A program made the translations under genes and the position numbers. 64,000 nucleotides of DNA, from assembly GCA_044230345.1 (NCBI GenBank), contig JBGARF010000035.1, positions 60,403-124,402 on the forward strand, read 5' to 3'. Origin of the DNA: Limisphaerales bacterium. Lineage in GTDB: Bacteria; Verrucomicrobiota; Verrucomicrobiia; Limisphaerales; JADJPG01. Under the pieces are notes generated by a model. The model saw only the letters and a list, made by a program, of their open reading frames with translations, ran no database searches and was not told the origin of the DNA. Below, in pieces: positions 44,990-55,100 of the stretch (its first letter is position 1; every line of letters starts with the position of its first letter).

Positions 44990-47353
44990 CTAACGGATCG
45001 ATTGCACGTAGCGGATGACATCAGTCACTTGCTGATCGGTGAGCAGGTCCAGCATTCCCTCGGGCATCACGGACGAGCCCTCGATATAGCCGGCGACTTT
45101 GATGTTCTTCACGGGGACAACCTGCTGCAGGCCGCCTGGAAATCGAACGGTGAGCGCATTGGCCGACTCGTCGCCGAAAAAGCCGTCATAGAATTCGCCG
45201 TCCTTGGTCTCGATGTGGTAGGTGCGGAACACATTCTCGACCGCCTGGCTCGGATCGAGCACCGCAGTCAGAACGGCTTCTGTGCTGCGGTTCTTCGACC
45301 CTGCCAGGGAAGGTCCGAAGCCGCTGCCCTCCTTCGTGCTCGCATGGCAGACGGCACAAGTGGTCTTGAAGAATGCTTCCCCCGCCGCGAGGTCGGCTTT
45401 CGGCGCAGCCTCAATCAACGCCGTCAATCGGGCGATGCGCTCCTGCAGGCGCTGCTTTTCGGCGGCGGACTTCGGCGGATTCTTCCGCACGATCTTCATC
45501 CACTCGCCGGAAACGGGTGCAGGAGGTTTCGGACGCCCCTTCTCCTCGACCATCTGGAGCAAAAGATTCTGGAACGCGCTTTCATACACGCCGCCCGGGG
45601 CGAGATACTCTCGGTCCCAGCCCTTCACCTTCTTCGTGAGCTCCGGCGTCGTCCGCCAGCGTTGGAGCCAGGCAAGGTGTTCGCCGGTCAATGGCTCCGG
45701 GCAGTCGCGAAAATAGCGGAGCACTTCGTTGCGGACGCGGAAGGTCGGTTCGGCGCCGAGCAACTTCAGCAGGGCGAAGGTCCGCGCGAGGGGCGGACGC
45801 AGCGTCGACAATGCGCGCACCGCTTCATAACGCACATCGACATTCGGGCTCTCCAACCATTCAGCCCACAGCCCAGGGTCGAAGTGCCCAAGACCCTCCA
45901 GCGCCCAGAGCGCGGCAATTCGCACATCGTCGCCCAGCTTCGCCTCGCGCGTCAGGTTCGCTTCGCGCGTCAGGGAAACCAGCCCGGGCACCAGCTCGCG
46001 CGCGTTTCGTTCGACGATTTGATGCCAGGCCGCGCGCATCTCCCAGGTGCTGGCCGCCCGGAGATGATTCAGCAAGTTTGCCGTGGACGCAGCGGCGACG
46101 TTGGGCGGAGTCCGACGGGCCTGGCTTTCGTGGCGGACGCGCCAGATGCGGCCGCGCGTCTTGTCGCGCGCCGGATGATTTCGGTCCACCTCATTGTGCG
46201 AAATGATCCGGTTGTACCAATCGACGATGTAGAGACTGCCATCAGGTCCGAAGCGCAGCGCAATGGGACGAAAAAACTCGTCGTCGGTGGACAGCAGGTC
46301 CGGCAACTGATCGAAGCGATAAACACCATTGTCACCACGCGTGAAGGAGACCGTGTTGATCCGGCGCGTGATGGGGTTCGCCACGAAGAGCACATCGTGG
46401 AACGGGTGAGGAAACGAACCGGCGCGATCGTCCGATAGCGCCAGCCCCGAGAAGCCGGTGCCACCGAGATTCAGGTTGGGGGTGGTCGGCGGATGATAGG
46501 GCGAGTTCGGATGCACCAGCCGTTTGATGAAGCTGGGATAGCTCGTGTCCTGCTCGAACGGAACCACCGCATAGCCGAAGTCATTCGCCTCGTGGATGAA
46601 CACGCGGCCGTCCCGCCCGTGTGCCCAGGACCAGATGTTGTTCAGGCCAGTGCCGATGACTTCGAGATCAGAACCGTCCGGGCGCATCCGCGCGATTACG
46701 GTCTTGTCGAAGTTCACGCGCTTGCCCGTCGTGGTCACGGCCGTGCCGTTGTTCAGCACGCCCTGCGAGAAGACAATCCAGTTGCCCGGCGCGAATTCGA
46801 GCTGGTGCGGCAGCGTGTGCGTGTCCTGCACTCCAAAGCCGTGGAGGAGAACGGTGCGTTTGTCCGCCCGCCCGTCGCCATTCGTATCTTCGAGGAACAG
46901 CATCTCCGGCCCCTGCGCCACGACGGCGCCCTGGCGGTACGGCAGCACGCTCAACGGCATCACCATCCCGTCCGCCCACACGCGAGCCTGATGCGGCCCT
47001 GGCTTGTGCGGTTGGTCGATGATGACGATGCGATCCCGGCCCGGGTTCTTCCAAATGTTCGGATCCTGATCGCGCGGATACTCTGTCGCCGTCATCGACC
47101 ACATCCGCCCCGCGTCATCGAAGGCGACGGAGACCGGCTTGGGCAGACCGGTTTCCTCGCTGGCCACCAGCTCGACGACAAAGCCGGGCGGAAGCTTGAA
47201 CGACTTCAACTGCTCCGCTGCCAGGCGCGGTTGGGCGGCTTCGTTGTTACCCTGCTTGAGATTCTGCCCGCCGACATCCAGCGCCGCGAAACGCATGACG
47301 ATGCAGGCGAACAAAGCGCGTCGCACCCACGGGACGCGCGGATCACGCTTCAT
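44990..47353 (-). CDS. PVC-type heme-binding CxxCH protein (membrane-bound-dehydrogenase-like beta-propeller + HEAT-like repeats + cytochrome c domain)
   Basis: 787 aa. LKSFKLPPGFVVELVASEETGLPKPVSVAFDDAGRMW, TNGDGRADK, FRPIALRFGPDGSLYIVDWYN, HEAT-like middle, CAVCHAS heme motif followed by GFGPSLAG. Confidence 0.85.
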   Translation of the reverse strand: MKRDPRVPWVRRALFACIVMRFAALDVGGQNLKQGNNEAAQPRLAAEQLKSFKLPPGFVVELVASEETGLPKPVSVAFDDAGRMWSMTATEYPRDQDPNIWKNPGRDRIVIIDQPHKPGPHQARVWADGMVMPLSVLPYRQGAVVAQGPEMLFLEDTNGDGRADKRTVLLHGFGVQDTHTLPHQLEFAPGNWIVFSQGVLNNGTAVTTTGKRVNFDKTVIARMRPDGSDLEVIGTGLNNIWSWAHGRDGRVFIHEANDFGYAVVPFEQDTSYPSFIKRLVHPNSPYHPPTTPNLNLGGTGFSGLALSDDRAGSFPHPFHDVLFVANPITRRINTVSFTRGDNGVYRFDQLPDLLSTDDEFFRPIALRFGPDGSLYIVDWYNRIISHNEVDRNHPARDKTRGRIWRVRHESQARRTPPNVAAASTANLLNHLRAASTWEMRAAWHQIVERNARELVPGLVSLTREANLTREAKLGDDVRIAALWALEGLGHFDPGLWAEWLESPNVDVRYEAVRALSTLRPPLARTFALLKLLGAEPTFRVRNEVLRYFRDCPEPLTGEHLAWLQRWRTTPELTKKVKGWDREYLAPGGVYESAFQNLLLQMVEEKGRPKPPAPVSGEWMKIVRKNPPKSAAEKQRLQERIARLTALIEAAPKADLAAGEAFFKTTCAVCHASTKEGSGFGPSLAGSKNRSTEAVLTAVLDPSQAVENVFRTYHIETKDGEFYDGFFGDESANALTVRFPGGLQQVVPVKNIKVAGYIEGSSVMPEGMLDLLTDQQVTDVIRYVQSIR

Positions 47354-47648
47354 GATCGCAAACGATGACCGACTCCAATTGCGGCACGACCAGCTTCACT
47401 GCGGCCTGATGCACCGGATGCGGCAGGTAATGGTCCCGCGCCGCAGCGTCCTTGAACGTCATGATGAAGCTGTGGGTAAAGCCTTGGTCGAGTCCTTCGG
47501 GGCTGGTGTTCGGTCCCCAGGTCAAGCCCAGGATGCCGGGGATTTTCTTCGGCAAATCCTCGATGAGGCGGAAGACCTCCGCGATGTCGGCCGGCGTGCG
47601 GTCGGCCTTGAACTTGAAGAACGCGATGTGTTTGACGGTTTTGCTCAT
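47343..47648 (-). CDS. Dabb (stress-responsive dimeric alpha/beta barrel) family protein
   Basis: MSKTVKHIAFFKFKADRTPADIAEVFRLIEDLPKKIPGILGLTWGPN...GFTHSFIMTFKDAAARDHYLPHPVHQA. Start set at ATG 47648; the upstream 53 codons of ORF 47343..47807 are not protein-like. 11-nt overlap with the downstream PVC heme gene. Confidence 0.8.
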   Translation of the reverse strand: MSKTVKHIAFFKFKADRTPADIAEVFRLIEDLPKKIPGILGLTWGPNTSPEGLDQGFTHSFIMTFKDAAARDHYLPHPVHQAAVKLVVPQLESVIVCDHEA

Positions 47649-47685
47649 GGTGTCTGCAGCAGATTTTTGCCAGACTCGGCGCCCT

Positions 47686-48537
47686 GTGGCTACGACCGAA
47701 ATCCAACCGCATCTGACGGAAACCACGATCGATGGCCTTCGCACCAAGCGCTGGGAGTTGAACGCCGCCGACTGCCCGGCGCTGGCTGCGCATCGCATCG
47801 CGCGCATTGGCCTTCATGACGTGGCCGCGCCGTATCGCCGCGTGCGCGTGCATCCCACGGGCAGCTTCCTCATGGCATGCTTCGCCGGGCAGGGACGGGT
47901 GTTGCTCGACGGACGCTGGCAAATCATTCGGGCCGGCACCGCCTGCATGGCGCCGCCCCGCGTGCTCAACGCCTTTGCCGCCGTTTCCACCCATCGATGG
48001 GCGTTCGCCTGGGTGCGCTACGACGAGCCGTCCCCGGTGGTGCCCATCGTCGGGGCCGACTCGCCGGTGCGCGTGCGGACGGACGCCGAAGTCTTACGCC
48101 GCATCGTCGAAGGATTGCGGGCGGAGTGGGAAGCCGCGCGTGATCCTCGGGCGTTGCATCACTGGATCGAATTGGCTCACGGTTGCGTCCGGCGACTGGC
48201 CCAACCGTGGCACGGCCGGACCAACGCGAAGTTGCAGCAGCTCTGGGAGGGCGTTGGCGCGGCGCTGGCGGACAACTGGACGCTCGAACAACTGGCCGTG
48301 CGCAGCCACATGAGCAAAGAGAAGCTCCGCCGCGCCTGCCTGCGGGAACTGGGCCGCAGTCCCATGCAGCACCTCACCTACATGCGGATGCAACGGGCGC
48401 AGGAGTTGCTGGAAGCCAGCAACGACAAACTCGAAGTGGTCGGGGCCCAGGTCGGTTATGACAGCGCCGTTGTCTTCTCCCGCGCCTTCAAGCGGTGGAT
48501 CGGCCGCAGCCCGTCGGAATACCGCCAAGGGTCCTGA
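47686..48537 (+). CDS. AraC/XylS family transcriptional regulator (start uncertain, 47647-47760)
   Basis: C-terminal double HTH WTLEQLAVRSHMSKEKLRRACLRELGRSPMQHLTYMRMQRAQELLEASNDKLEVVGAQVGYDSAVVFSRAFKRWIGRSPSEYR; cupin-like N-terminal half. The first in-frame ATG (47647) overlaps the divergent Dabb start codon, so GTG 47686 is proposed. Confidence 0.75.
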   Translation: MATTEIQPHLTETTIDGLRTKRWELNAADCPALAAHRIARIGLHDVAAPYRRVRVHPTGSFLMACFAGQGRVLLDGRWQIIRAGTACMAPPRVLNAFAAVSTHRWAFAWVRYDEPSPVVPIVGADSPVRVRTDAEVLRRIVEGLRAEWEAARDPRALHHWIELAHGCVRRLAQPWHGRTNAKLQQLWEGVGAALADNWTLEQLAVRSHMSKEKLRRACLRELGRSPMQHLTYMRMQRAQELLEASNDKLEVVGAQVGYDSAVVFSRAFKRWIGRSPSEYRQGS

Positions 48538-48690
48538 GGCCGCAGGTGGAAATTCGTCGCATCCAATTGGATTCCGGTCATTCCCGTCCGGGGCGCACGG
48601 GATTCTACTCACGATGCGCTCCTGCCAAGTACGCATTGGCAACGTGATGTTCGCCCGGGGCGCGATACGTAAAACCTAAGCAACCCCACA

Positions 48691-51600
48691 ATGAAAACCA
48701 CGGCAGTAAAGTCTTTCATTATCGCCTGCGGCTTGGCTGCAGCCGTTGTCACCGCGCCAGTGGCCCAAGCCCAGCAGGCCATCGCCCGCTGGAACCTCGG
48801 TGAAAACGATGTCAACGCGACCGCCGGCGGCGCGGGCGCGGCCGCCACGGTGGATTCCGTCGGCACCCGCTCACTTTCGAAATACGGCGCGCCCACCTAC
48901 GACGCCAACGTGCCTTCGGGCGGCAGCACGCTCGCGATGAGCTTCAACGGCACCGACGCTTTTTATCAGACGAACGTCGCGGGACTCTGGACCGGCGTTC
49001 CCCTGACGAATTTCCTGCTGTCTTGCGACGTGTATATCACTTCGCTCCCAGGCTTCAGCTTCCCGGTTTCGCTGGGCCGAAACGGCGGCGGCATCGCCCT
49101 GCTCCAAGAGGGCGGGAACTGGAAAATCATTCACCAGGGTGTCGCGGTCAGTGCGCCCGGCGCGGCGGTGCAGCTCAACACCTGGACGCACCTCGATCTC
49201 GTGCGGTCGAGCGGCGTGAGCTACCTATACGTTAACGGCGCGCTGGACATCACGTTCAACTCGACCCCGGCCCCGATCGCGGACTTCTTCACCATCGGCG
49301 CGAACGAACGCGCCAGCGGTACGCCGGGCGACGTCGAGGGCCGCTTCCCCGGCCTCATCGACAACGTGGTCATCACCGACCCGAGCCGGCCGCCCCTGCC
49401 GGCGGTGGTGGCGGACCTTGGCGCGGACTACCGGGCCAACTTGCCCAAAGCCGGCTGGCAATATCTGAAGTCCACAGCGGCCAGCGGCGGCACTGAATCC
49501 GCGCTCATCTACGGCAGCGGCGTGGGCAGCGTTGGCAACATCGGCTACGGCGGCGGCGGCAACGGCTTCAATCTCCCTTGCGTCCTCGGCACAGCCAGCT
49601 CCGGCAACTTCCGCGTCTTCGGTGATGGCGGCAACGCCGGCGTGCTCGGCACCGACCTGCTGCTTCATCCCGGCGATGACGCCAACAATCTGCCCCCGAA
49701 CAGCCCACAGTTCGTCATCATGAGATATACCATCAGCGCGGCGGACGTGACCTCCGGCACGCAGGCGGCCATCGCGGGAAGTTTTCGCCGCTCGAATGGC
49801 GGTGGCGACGGTGTGATCGGCTATGTGTTCAAGAACTCGACCCAGCTTTTCTCGGCCACCAGTCCGAACCAGTTGTCGCAAGCCGCCGGCACCTTCAACC
49901 TGAACACGACCGTCGCGGCCGGCGACACCATCAGCTTTGTGCTGGGGAAGAATGGAAACCTCTTCGCCGATGAAAGCGCCGTGCGCGGCACGGTCACGTT
50001 GTCCGTCGCGCCCCAGCCACCGAAGGTTACGGCCGGGCCGACGATCACACCCGGCTCGACGATCTTCGCCGGAGGATCGTTCGTCCTTTCCGCCAACGCC
50101 GCTGGCGCGCAACCCCTGTCCTACCAGTGGCGACACGCGGGCACGAACATTACAGGCGCGACCTCGAATGTCGTTTCCTTCACCGGAGCCACGACCAATG
50201 ACTCCGGTGCCTACGACGTGGTGATCTCGAACCTGGGCGGTTCCATTACCAGCTCCGTGGTCACTCTCACGGTCGATGCCGCGGTGCTGCGCGCGGACAT
50301 CGGGGCTGATTTCCAGGAAGGAGGGCCCAAAACGGGCTGGCAGTATCTGGACTCCACGGCGCCCACGGACGGCACCGAGACGGCGCTGACCTGGGGTGGC
50401 AATATCGGCAACGCCGGCAACGTCGGCTACGGCGGCGGCGCGAACAGTTTCAATCTCTCGGCGGTGCTGGGCTCGGTCTCGGGCCCGAACGGCTTCAAGA
50501 TCTTCAATGATGGCAATGCCAACAGCCCCCTGCTGGGCACAGACGTCCTGGTGCATCCAGGCGACCCGGTCCTGATCGGCGGCGGCGGCAAGCCCTTCGT
50601 CATCCTGCGCTACACCATTGATCCGATCGATGTGGAGGACTTCGGCGCGCAAGCCAAGATTGTCGGCAGTTTCCGTGACCTCGTTCCCGTCGGCGACAGC
50701 GTGCAGGTGTATGTGTTCCAGAACACCAACCAGTTGTTCAGCGCGACCGGCACGGGATCGACGCTCCTCCAAAGCGACGGCACGTTCAACATCATCACCA
50801 CGGTCGCGGGATTGGACACCATCAGCTTCGTGGTCGGCATCCGCAATGACCTGGGTGGCGACGAAACCGCCGTTCGCGCGAGCATCGCGCTCAGTACCGC
50901 CACCGTGCCGCCCAGCATCACCAGCGGCCCGACGGTCACCCCCGGCAACATTGTGTTCGCCGGCGGCTCGTTCACGCTGAACGTCTCAGCGTCCGGCACC
51001 GGCCCACTCGACTACGCCTGGCGGCGGAACGGCTCCACGGTGACCAATACACCGGGCGGGAGCGTCACCTTCAGCGACATCGCCATCGGCCAGTCCGGCG
51101 ACTACGACGTCGTGGTCAGCAGCCCGTTCGGTTCGGTGACGAGTTCCATCGTGTCGGTCACGGTGCTTCAGCCTCGGAACGTTGTCGCGGAGGATCTCGC
51201 GGTCTATCGCTTGGGCGAATCGGATGCCGGAGCGCTTGCGGAAAATGAAGGCAACGCGCTCACGGAAGATTCCTACGGCGTAAACGATCTCTCCAAATTT
51301 GGCACCCCCGCCTACAGCGCCAACGTGCCGCCCGGCGGCAGCGCGCTCTCCATGTCGTTCGACGGAACGAGCAGCTATTACCAGGGCGGCGGCGTGAGCT
51401 TCGCCACGCTGGTCACCAATCTCGATCTCTCGAACTTCAGCCTGTCCTGCGATGTTTACATGACCGCGCCAGGCGCAGCGGGGTTCAGTTTCCCGGTGGC
51501 GCTGGGCGCGAACATCGCTGGTGGTGGCGGCTTGTCGATCGTGGAGATTGGCGGCAAGTGGCACATCCTCCACCAGTCGCAGGTCGCCAGCGCACCGGGC

Positions 51601-52053
51601 CCGGACGTAAAGCTGAACACGTGGACGCACCTCGAACTGCGCCGCACGACTTACACCAACGGCCTGCAATCCCGGCTTTTCATCGACGGCACAGACGCCG
51701 GCATCCCCATCACTGCAGTGCCAACCGCCGTGCAGCCATTCTTCTCCATCGGCGGCAACCGCACCGGCAACGGCGGCATCGAAGGGCTGTTCAATGGACA
51801 GATCGACAACGTAAAACTGACGGCCCTGGATGCGCCCGCGGCGACTCTGCGCATCCGTCGGAACGGCGGCCAAGCCATCGTCGAAGGACAGGGCCGACCG
51901 GGCTCGAGCTACCGCTTGCAGCGTGCCACCTCGCTGCCGGCAGATCCTTGGACCGACGTGGCCACGGGCACCGCTGACCTCGGAGGCCGGATCCAGCTCA
52001 TCGACCCGGCGTCACCCGCGGACGGAGCCTTCTACCGCGCCGTAACCCCGTGA
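48691..52053 (+). CDS. secreted multi-domain protein: LamG-like, two copies of [unnamed ~200-aa module followed by an Ig-like domain], a second LamG-like domain, and a C-terminal ...FYRAVTP module
   Basis: Signal peptide MKTTAVKSFIIACGLAAAVVTAPVAQA. LamG_3-like ARWNLGEND...LAMSFNGTDAFYQT...LSCDVYI...LNTWTHLDLVRSSGVSYLYVNGAL...GLIDNVVI. Ig-like ...FVLSANAAGAQPLSYQWRHAGTNI...NDSGAYDVVISN. Confidence 0.85.
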   Translation: MKTTAVKSFIIACGLAAAVVTAPVAQAQQAIARWNLGENDVNATAGGAGAAATVDSVGTRSLSKYGAPTYDANVPSGGSTLAMSFNGTDAFYQTNVAGLWTGVPLTNFLLSCDVYITSLPGFSFPVSLGRNGGGIALLQEGGNWKIIHQGVAVSAPGAAVQLNTWTHLDLVRSSGVSYLYVNGALDITFNSTPAPIADFFTIGANERASGTPGDVEGRFPGLIDNVVITDPSRPPLPAVVADLGADYRANLPKAGWQYLKSTAASGGTESALIYGSGVGSVGNIGYGGGGNGFNLPCVLGTASSGNFRVFGDGGNAGVLGTDLLLHPGDDANNLPPNSPQFVIMRYTISAADVTSGTQAAIAGSFRRSNGGGDGVIGYVFKNSTQLFSATSPNQLSQAAGTFNLNTTVAAGDTISFVLGKNGNLFADESAVRGTVTLSVAPQPPKVTAGPTITPGSTIFAGGSFVLSANAAGAQPLSYQWRHAGTNITGATSNVVSFTGATTNDSGAYDVVISNLGGSITSSVVTLTVDAAVLRADIGADFQEGGPKTGWQYLDSTAPTDGTETALTWGGNIGNAGNVGYGGGANSFNLSAVLGSVSGPNGFKIFNDGNANSPLLGTDVLVHPGDPVLIGGGGKPFVILRYTIDPIDVEDFGAQAKIVGSFRDLVPVGDSVQVYVFQNTNQLFSATGTGSTLLQSDGTFNIITTVAGLDTISFVVGIRNDLGGDETAVRASIALSTATVPPSITSGPTVTPGNIVFAGGSFTLNVSASGTGPLDYAWRRNGSTVTNTPGGSVTFSDIAIGQSGDYDVVVSSPFGSVTSSIVSVTVLQPRNVVAEDLAVYRLGESDAGALAENEGNALTEDSYGVNDLSKFGTPAYSANVPPGGSALSMSFDGTSSYYQGGGVSFATLVTNLDLSNFSLSCDVYMTAPGAAGFSFPVALGANIAGGGGLSIVEIGGKWHILHQSQVASAPGPDVKLNTWTHLELRRTTYTNGLQSRLFIDGTDAGIPITAVPTAVQPFFSIGGNRTGNGGIEGLFNGQIDNVKLTALDAPAATLRIRRNGGQAIVEGQGRPGSSYRLQRATSLPADPWTDVATGTADLGGRIQLIDPASPADGAFYRAVTP

Positions 52054-52077
52054 GGAATCGGCTAGCCTGACCTCGCA

Positions 52078-52114
52078 GGGCCGGAGCGGCTCGCTGCTCC
52101 GGCCCTGTTCTTTA
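52078..52114 (+). terminator. rho-independent terminator candidate
   Basis: Stem gggccggagc (52078-52087) / gctccggccc (52096-52105), 8-nt loop, then tgttcttta. Confidence 0.6.
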
Positions 52115-52175
52115 CCGACCAGCCAACATTCCGTTAGAATCCAATCGCCCAATCCGACAACCGCCCTTTCTGAAT

Positions 52176-55100
52176 ATGAAGACGTTCTCGCCTCTTTTGC
52201 TGATCGCGTTCGCGATGGCATTGCTCTCAGGGCCGGCCCAAGCCCAGCGCGTCATCGCCCGGTGGAACTTGGGCGAGAACGATCCCGGCGCAGCGGCGGG
52301 CGTGCGCGGGGCGGATGTGACCCGTGACCGCGTGGGCCCGCGCCATCTCACGCGCTTCGGCAATCCCACCAACAGCGGTGCAGTCCCGGCCGGTTCCAGC
52401 ACGCTGTCGATGCGCTTCAACGGTTCGGACGCCTTCTATCAAACGAACTTCGCCGGGCTCTGGACGGATGTGCCGCTGGAGAATTTCATTCTCTCGTGTG
52501 ATGTGAACATCGCGTCGCAGCCCGCGTTCAGTTTCCCGGTTGCCATCGGACGCAACGGCGGCGGCCTGGCACTGCTTCAGGAAGGTGGGAACTGGAAGAT
52601 TATCCACCAAGGCGTCGCCGCAAGCCCGCCCGGCGCGCCCATCCAGTTGAATACCTGGACGCACCTCGACCTCGTACGCTCGAACGGCGTCAGCTATCTC
52701 CATGTCAATGGAGCACTAAACCTCACTTTCAATTCTACGCCGAACACGCCCGCGAATTTCCTCACCATCGGCGCAAACCAGCGGGCCAGCGACACCGCCG
52801 GCGATGTCGAGGGCCGGTTCCCGGGACTGATCGACAACGTGGTAATCATCGATCCGAGCCTACCTCCCCTGCCAACCGTGGTGGCGGATGTCGGCGCGGA
52901 CTTCCGACCCACCACGCCGAAGGCTGGCTGGGCGTACCTCGGCTCGACGGCCCCGAGCGGTGGCAGCGAATCCGCGCTGACCTACGGCGGAGCGGTCGGC
53001 AACAACGGAAACATCGGCTACGGCGGAGGAGCCAACACCTTCAATCTCGGCGCCGTGCTCGGCACCAACACGGGCGCCAATGCATTCAAGATCTTCGTCG
53101 ATGGCCAGTTCAATGCGGGCGTCCCCGGCACCGACCTGCTGGTGCATCCGGGAGATCCTGTCCAGCTCAACGGCGGGGGCAAACCCTTCACCATCCTTCG
53201 TTACACGCTCAGCGCGGAAGATCTGGCCAGCGGCAACCTCGCCCTCATCACCGGCAGCTTTCGTGAACTGATTCCCGGCGGCGACGGCATCGAAGGCTAT
53301 GTTTTCCGCAATGCAACCGAGTTGTTCCACGTCGTCGCCAGCTCGGACACTCTTTCCCAGACCGCGGGCACGTTCAACGTGCGAGCATTGGTCAGCGCCG
53401 GGGACACCATCAGCTTCGTGGTCGGCATCAAGGGCAACCTGTTCGCCGACGAGAGCGCGGTGCGCGGCACGATCACGATGACGATGGATTCGACCCCGCC
53501 CGCGCTGATCGGACCTCCGATGCAGGTCGACACCACGCGCCTGGCGATAACCTTCGACGAACCGGTCGAAGCGACACTCGGCAACTTCGCGTTGAACAAC
53601 GGCGCGTCCGTGACCAGCGTCACGCCCGGCGCGGCGGCAAATTCATTCGACCTTGTCACCACTGCGTTGACCGCCGGACAAACCTACTCGCTGACCATCA
53701 GCGGCGTGACCGACCTGAGCGCGAACGCGCTGAACACGAACGTGTCCTTCACCGCGACGGATTTCTCACCGAACCTGCTGGCCTACCTGCGTCCGCCGAC
53801 CGAACCGATCGGCCCGGCCACGCGACGCGGCGGGTTCGTAATTTCAGAGATCATGTTCCATCCCACCAACAACCCGGCGTTCACCAATCTCGAGTTCGTG
53901 GAGATATACAACTCGCAGCCGTGGGCCGAGGAAATTGGCGGCTACCGGCTGACCGGCGAATATGACTTCACGTTTCCAGCGGCCATGACCGTCCCCGCCG
54001 GCGGCTTCATCATCGTTGCCGCGGTGCCCGCACAGGTCACGGCAGCCTATGGCGTCGGGAATGTGCTGGGCGGGTTCACCAACCGGTTGAACAACGCCGG
54101 TGGCACGCTGCGGCTGCGCAACGATGCCAACGCCGTGGTCTTTGAGGTGGACTACGACTCGCAACCGCCCTGGCCGGCGGCGGCGGACGGCGCGGGCCAT
54201 TCGCTCGTGCTGGCGCGCCCGAGCTACGGGATGAACGATCCGCGCTCATGGGCCGCCAGCGCGAACCTCGGCGGGTCGCCCGGCGCCGCGGAACCAGCGG
54301 CCGTCACCAACCTGCCGGTGGTCATCAACGAGTTCCTCGCCAACGGCGACACCGACCCGGACTTCATCGAGTTGTTCAATCTCTCGTCGCAGGCCGTCAC
54401 GCTCGACGGCTGCCTCCTCAGCGACGACGCCGGCACGAACAAATTCGTCATCCCGCCAGGCACAACCATCGCGCCACGGGGTTATCTGGTCTTCGCCGAA
54501 GCGCAGTTGGGCTTCTCGCTCAGCGCCGGCGGCGAGACCGTCTGGTTCCGCGACGCCACCGGTCGCGTTCTGGACGCCGCGCGCTTCGATGGCCAGCAAC
54601 GCGGCGTTTCCACCGGCCGCACTCCGGACGGCGCGTCATTGTTCTCACGCCTGAGCACGCGAACCCCGGGCACGACCAATTCCCCTGCCCTTCATCCGGA
54701 TGTCGTGATCAACGAACTCTTCTACGCACCTCCCAGCGGCAACGGCGACGACGAGTTCATCGAGTTGAAGAACCGCACTACCAACGCGGTGGATCTAAGC
54801 GGCTGGCGATTGCGCGGCGGCGTGAGCTTCAATCTGCCCAGCGGCACGACGATTCCGGCGGACGGCTATCTGGTCATTGCGAAGGACGCGAATCGACTCC
54901 GCACGAATCATCCCGGCCTGAGCGCCGCCAGCGTGGTCGGAAATTTCAGTGGCAACCTCGCCAACGACGGCGAACGCGTCTCGTTGTTGGCGCCCGAACT
55001 GAACGGCACAAACACGATTCACTACGTCATCGCCGAGACGACCTATGCCATCGGCGGGCGTTGGGGTCGCTGGAGCGATGCCGGCGGCAGCAGCCTCGAA

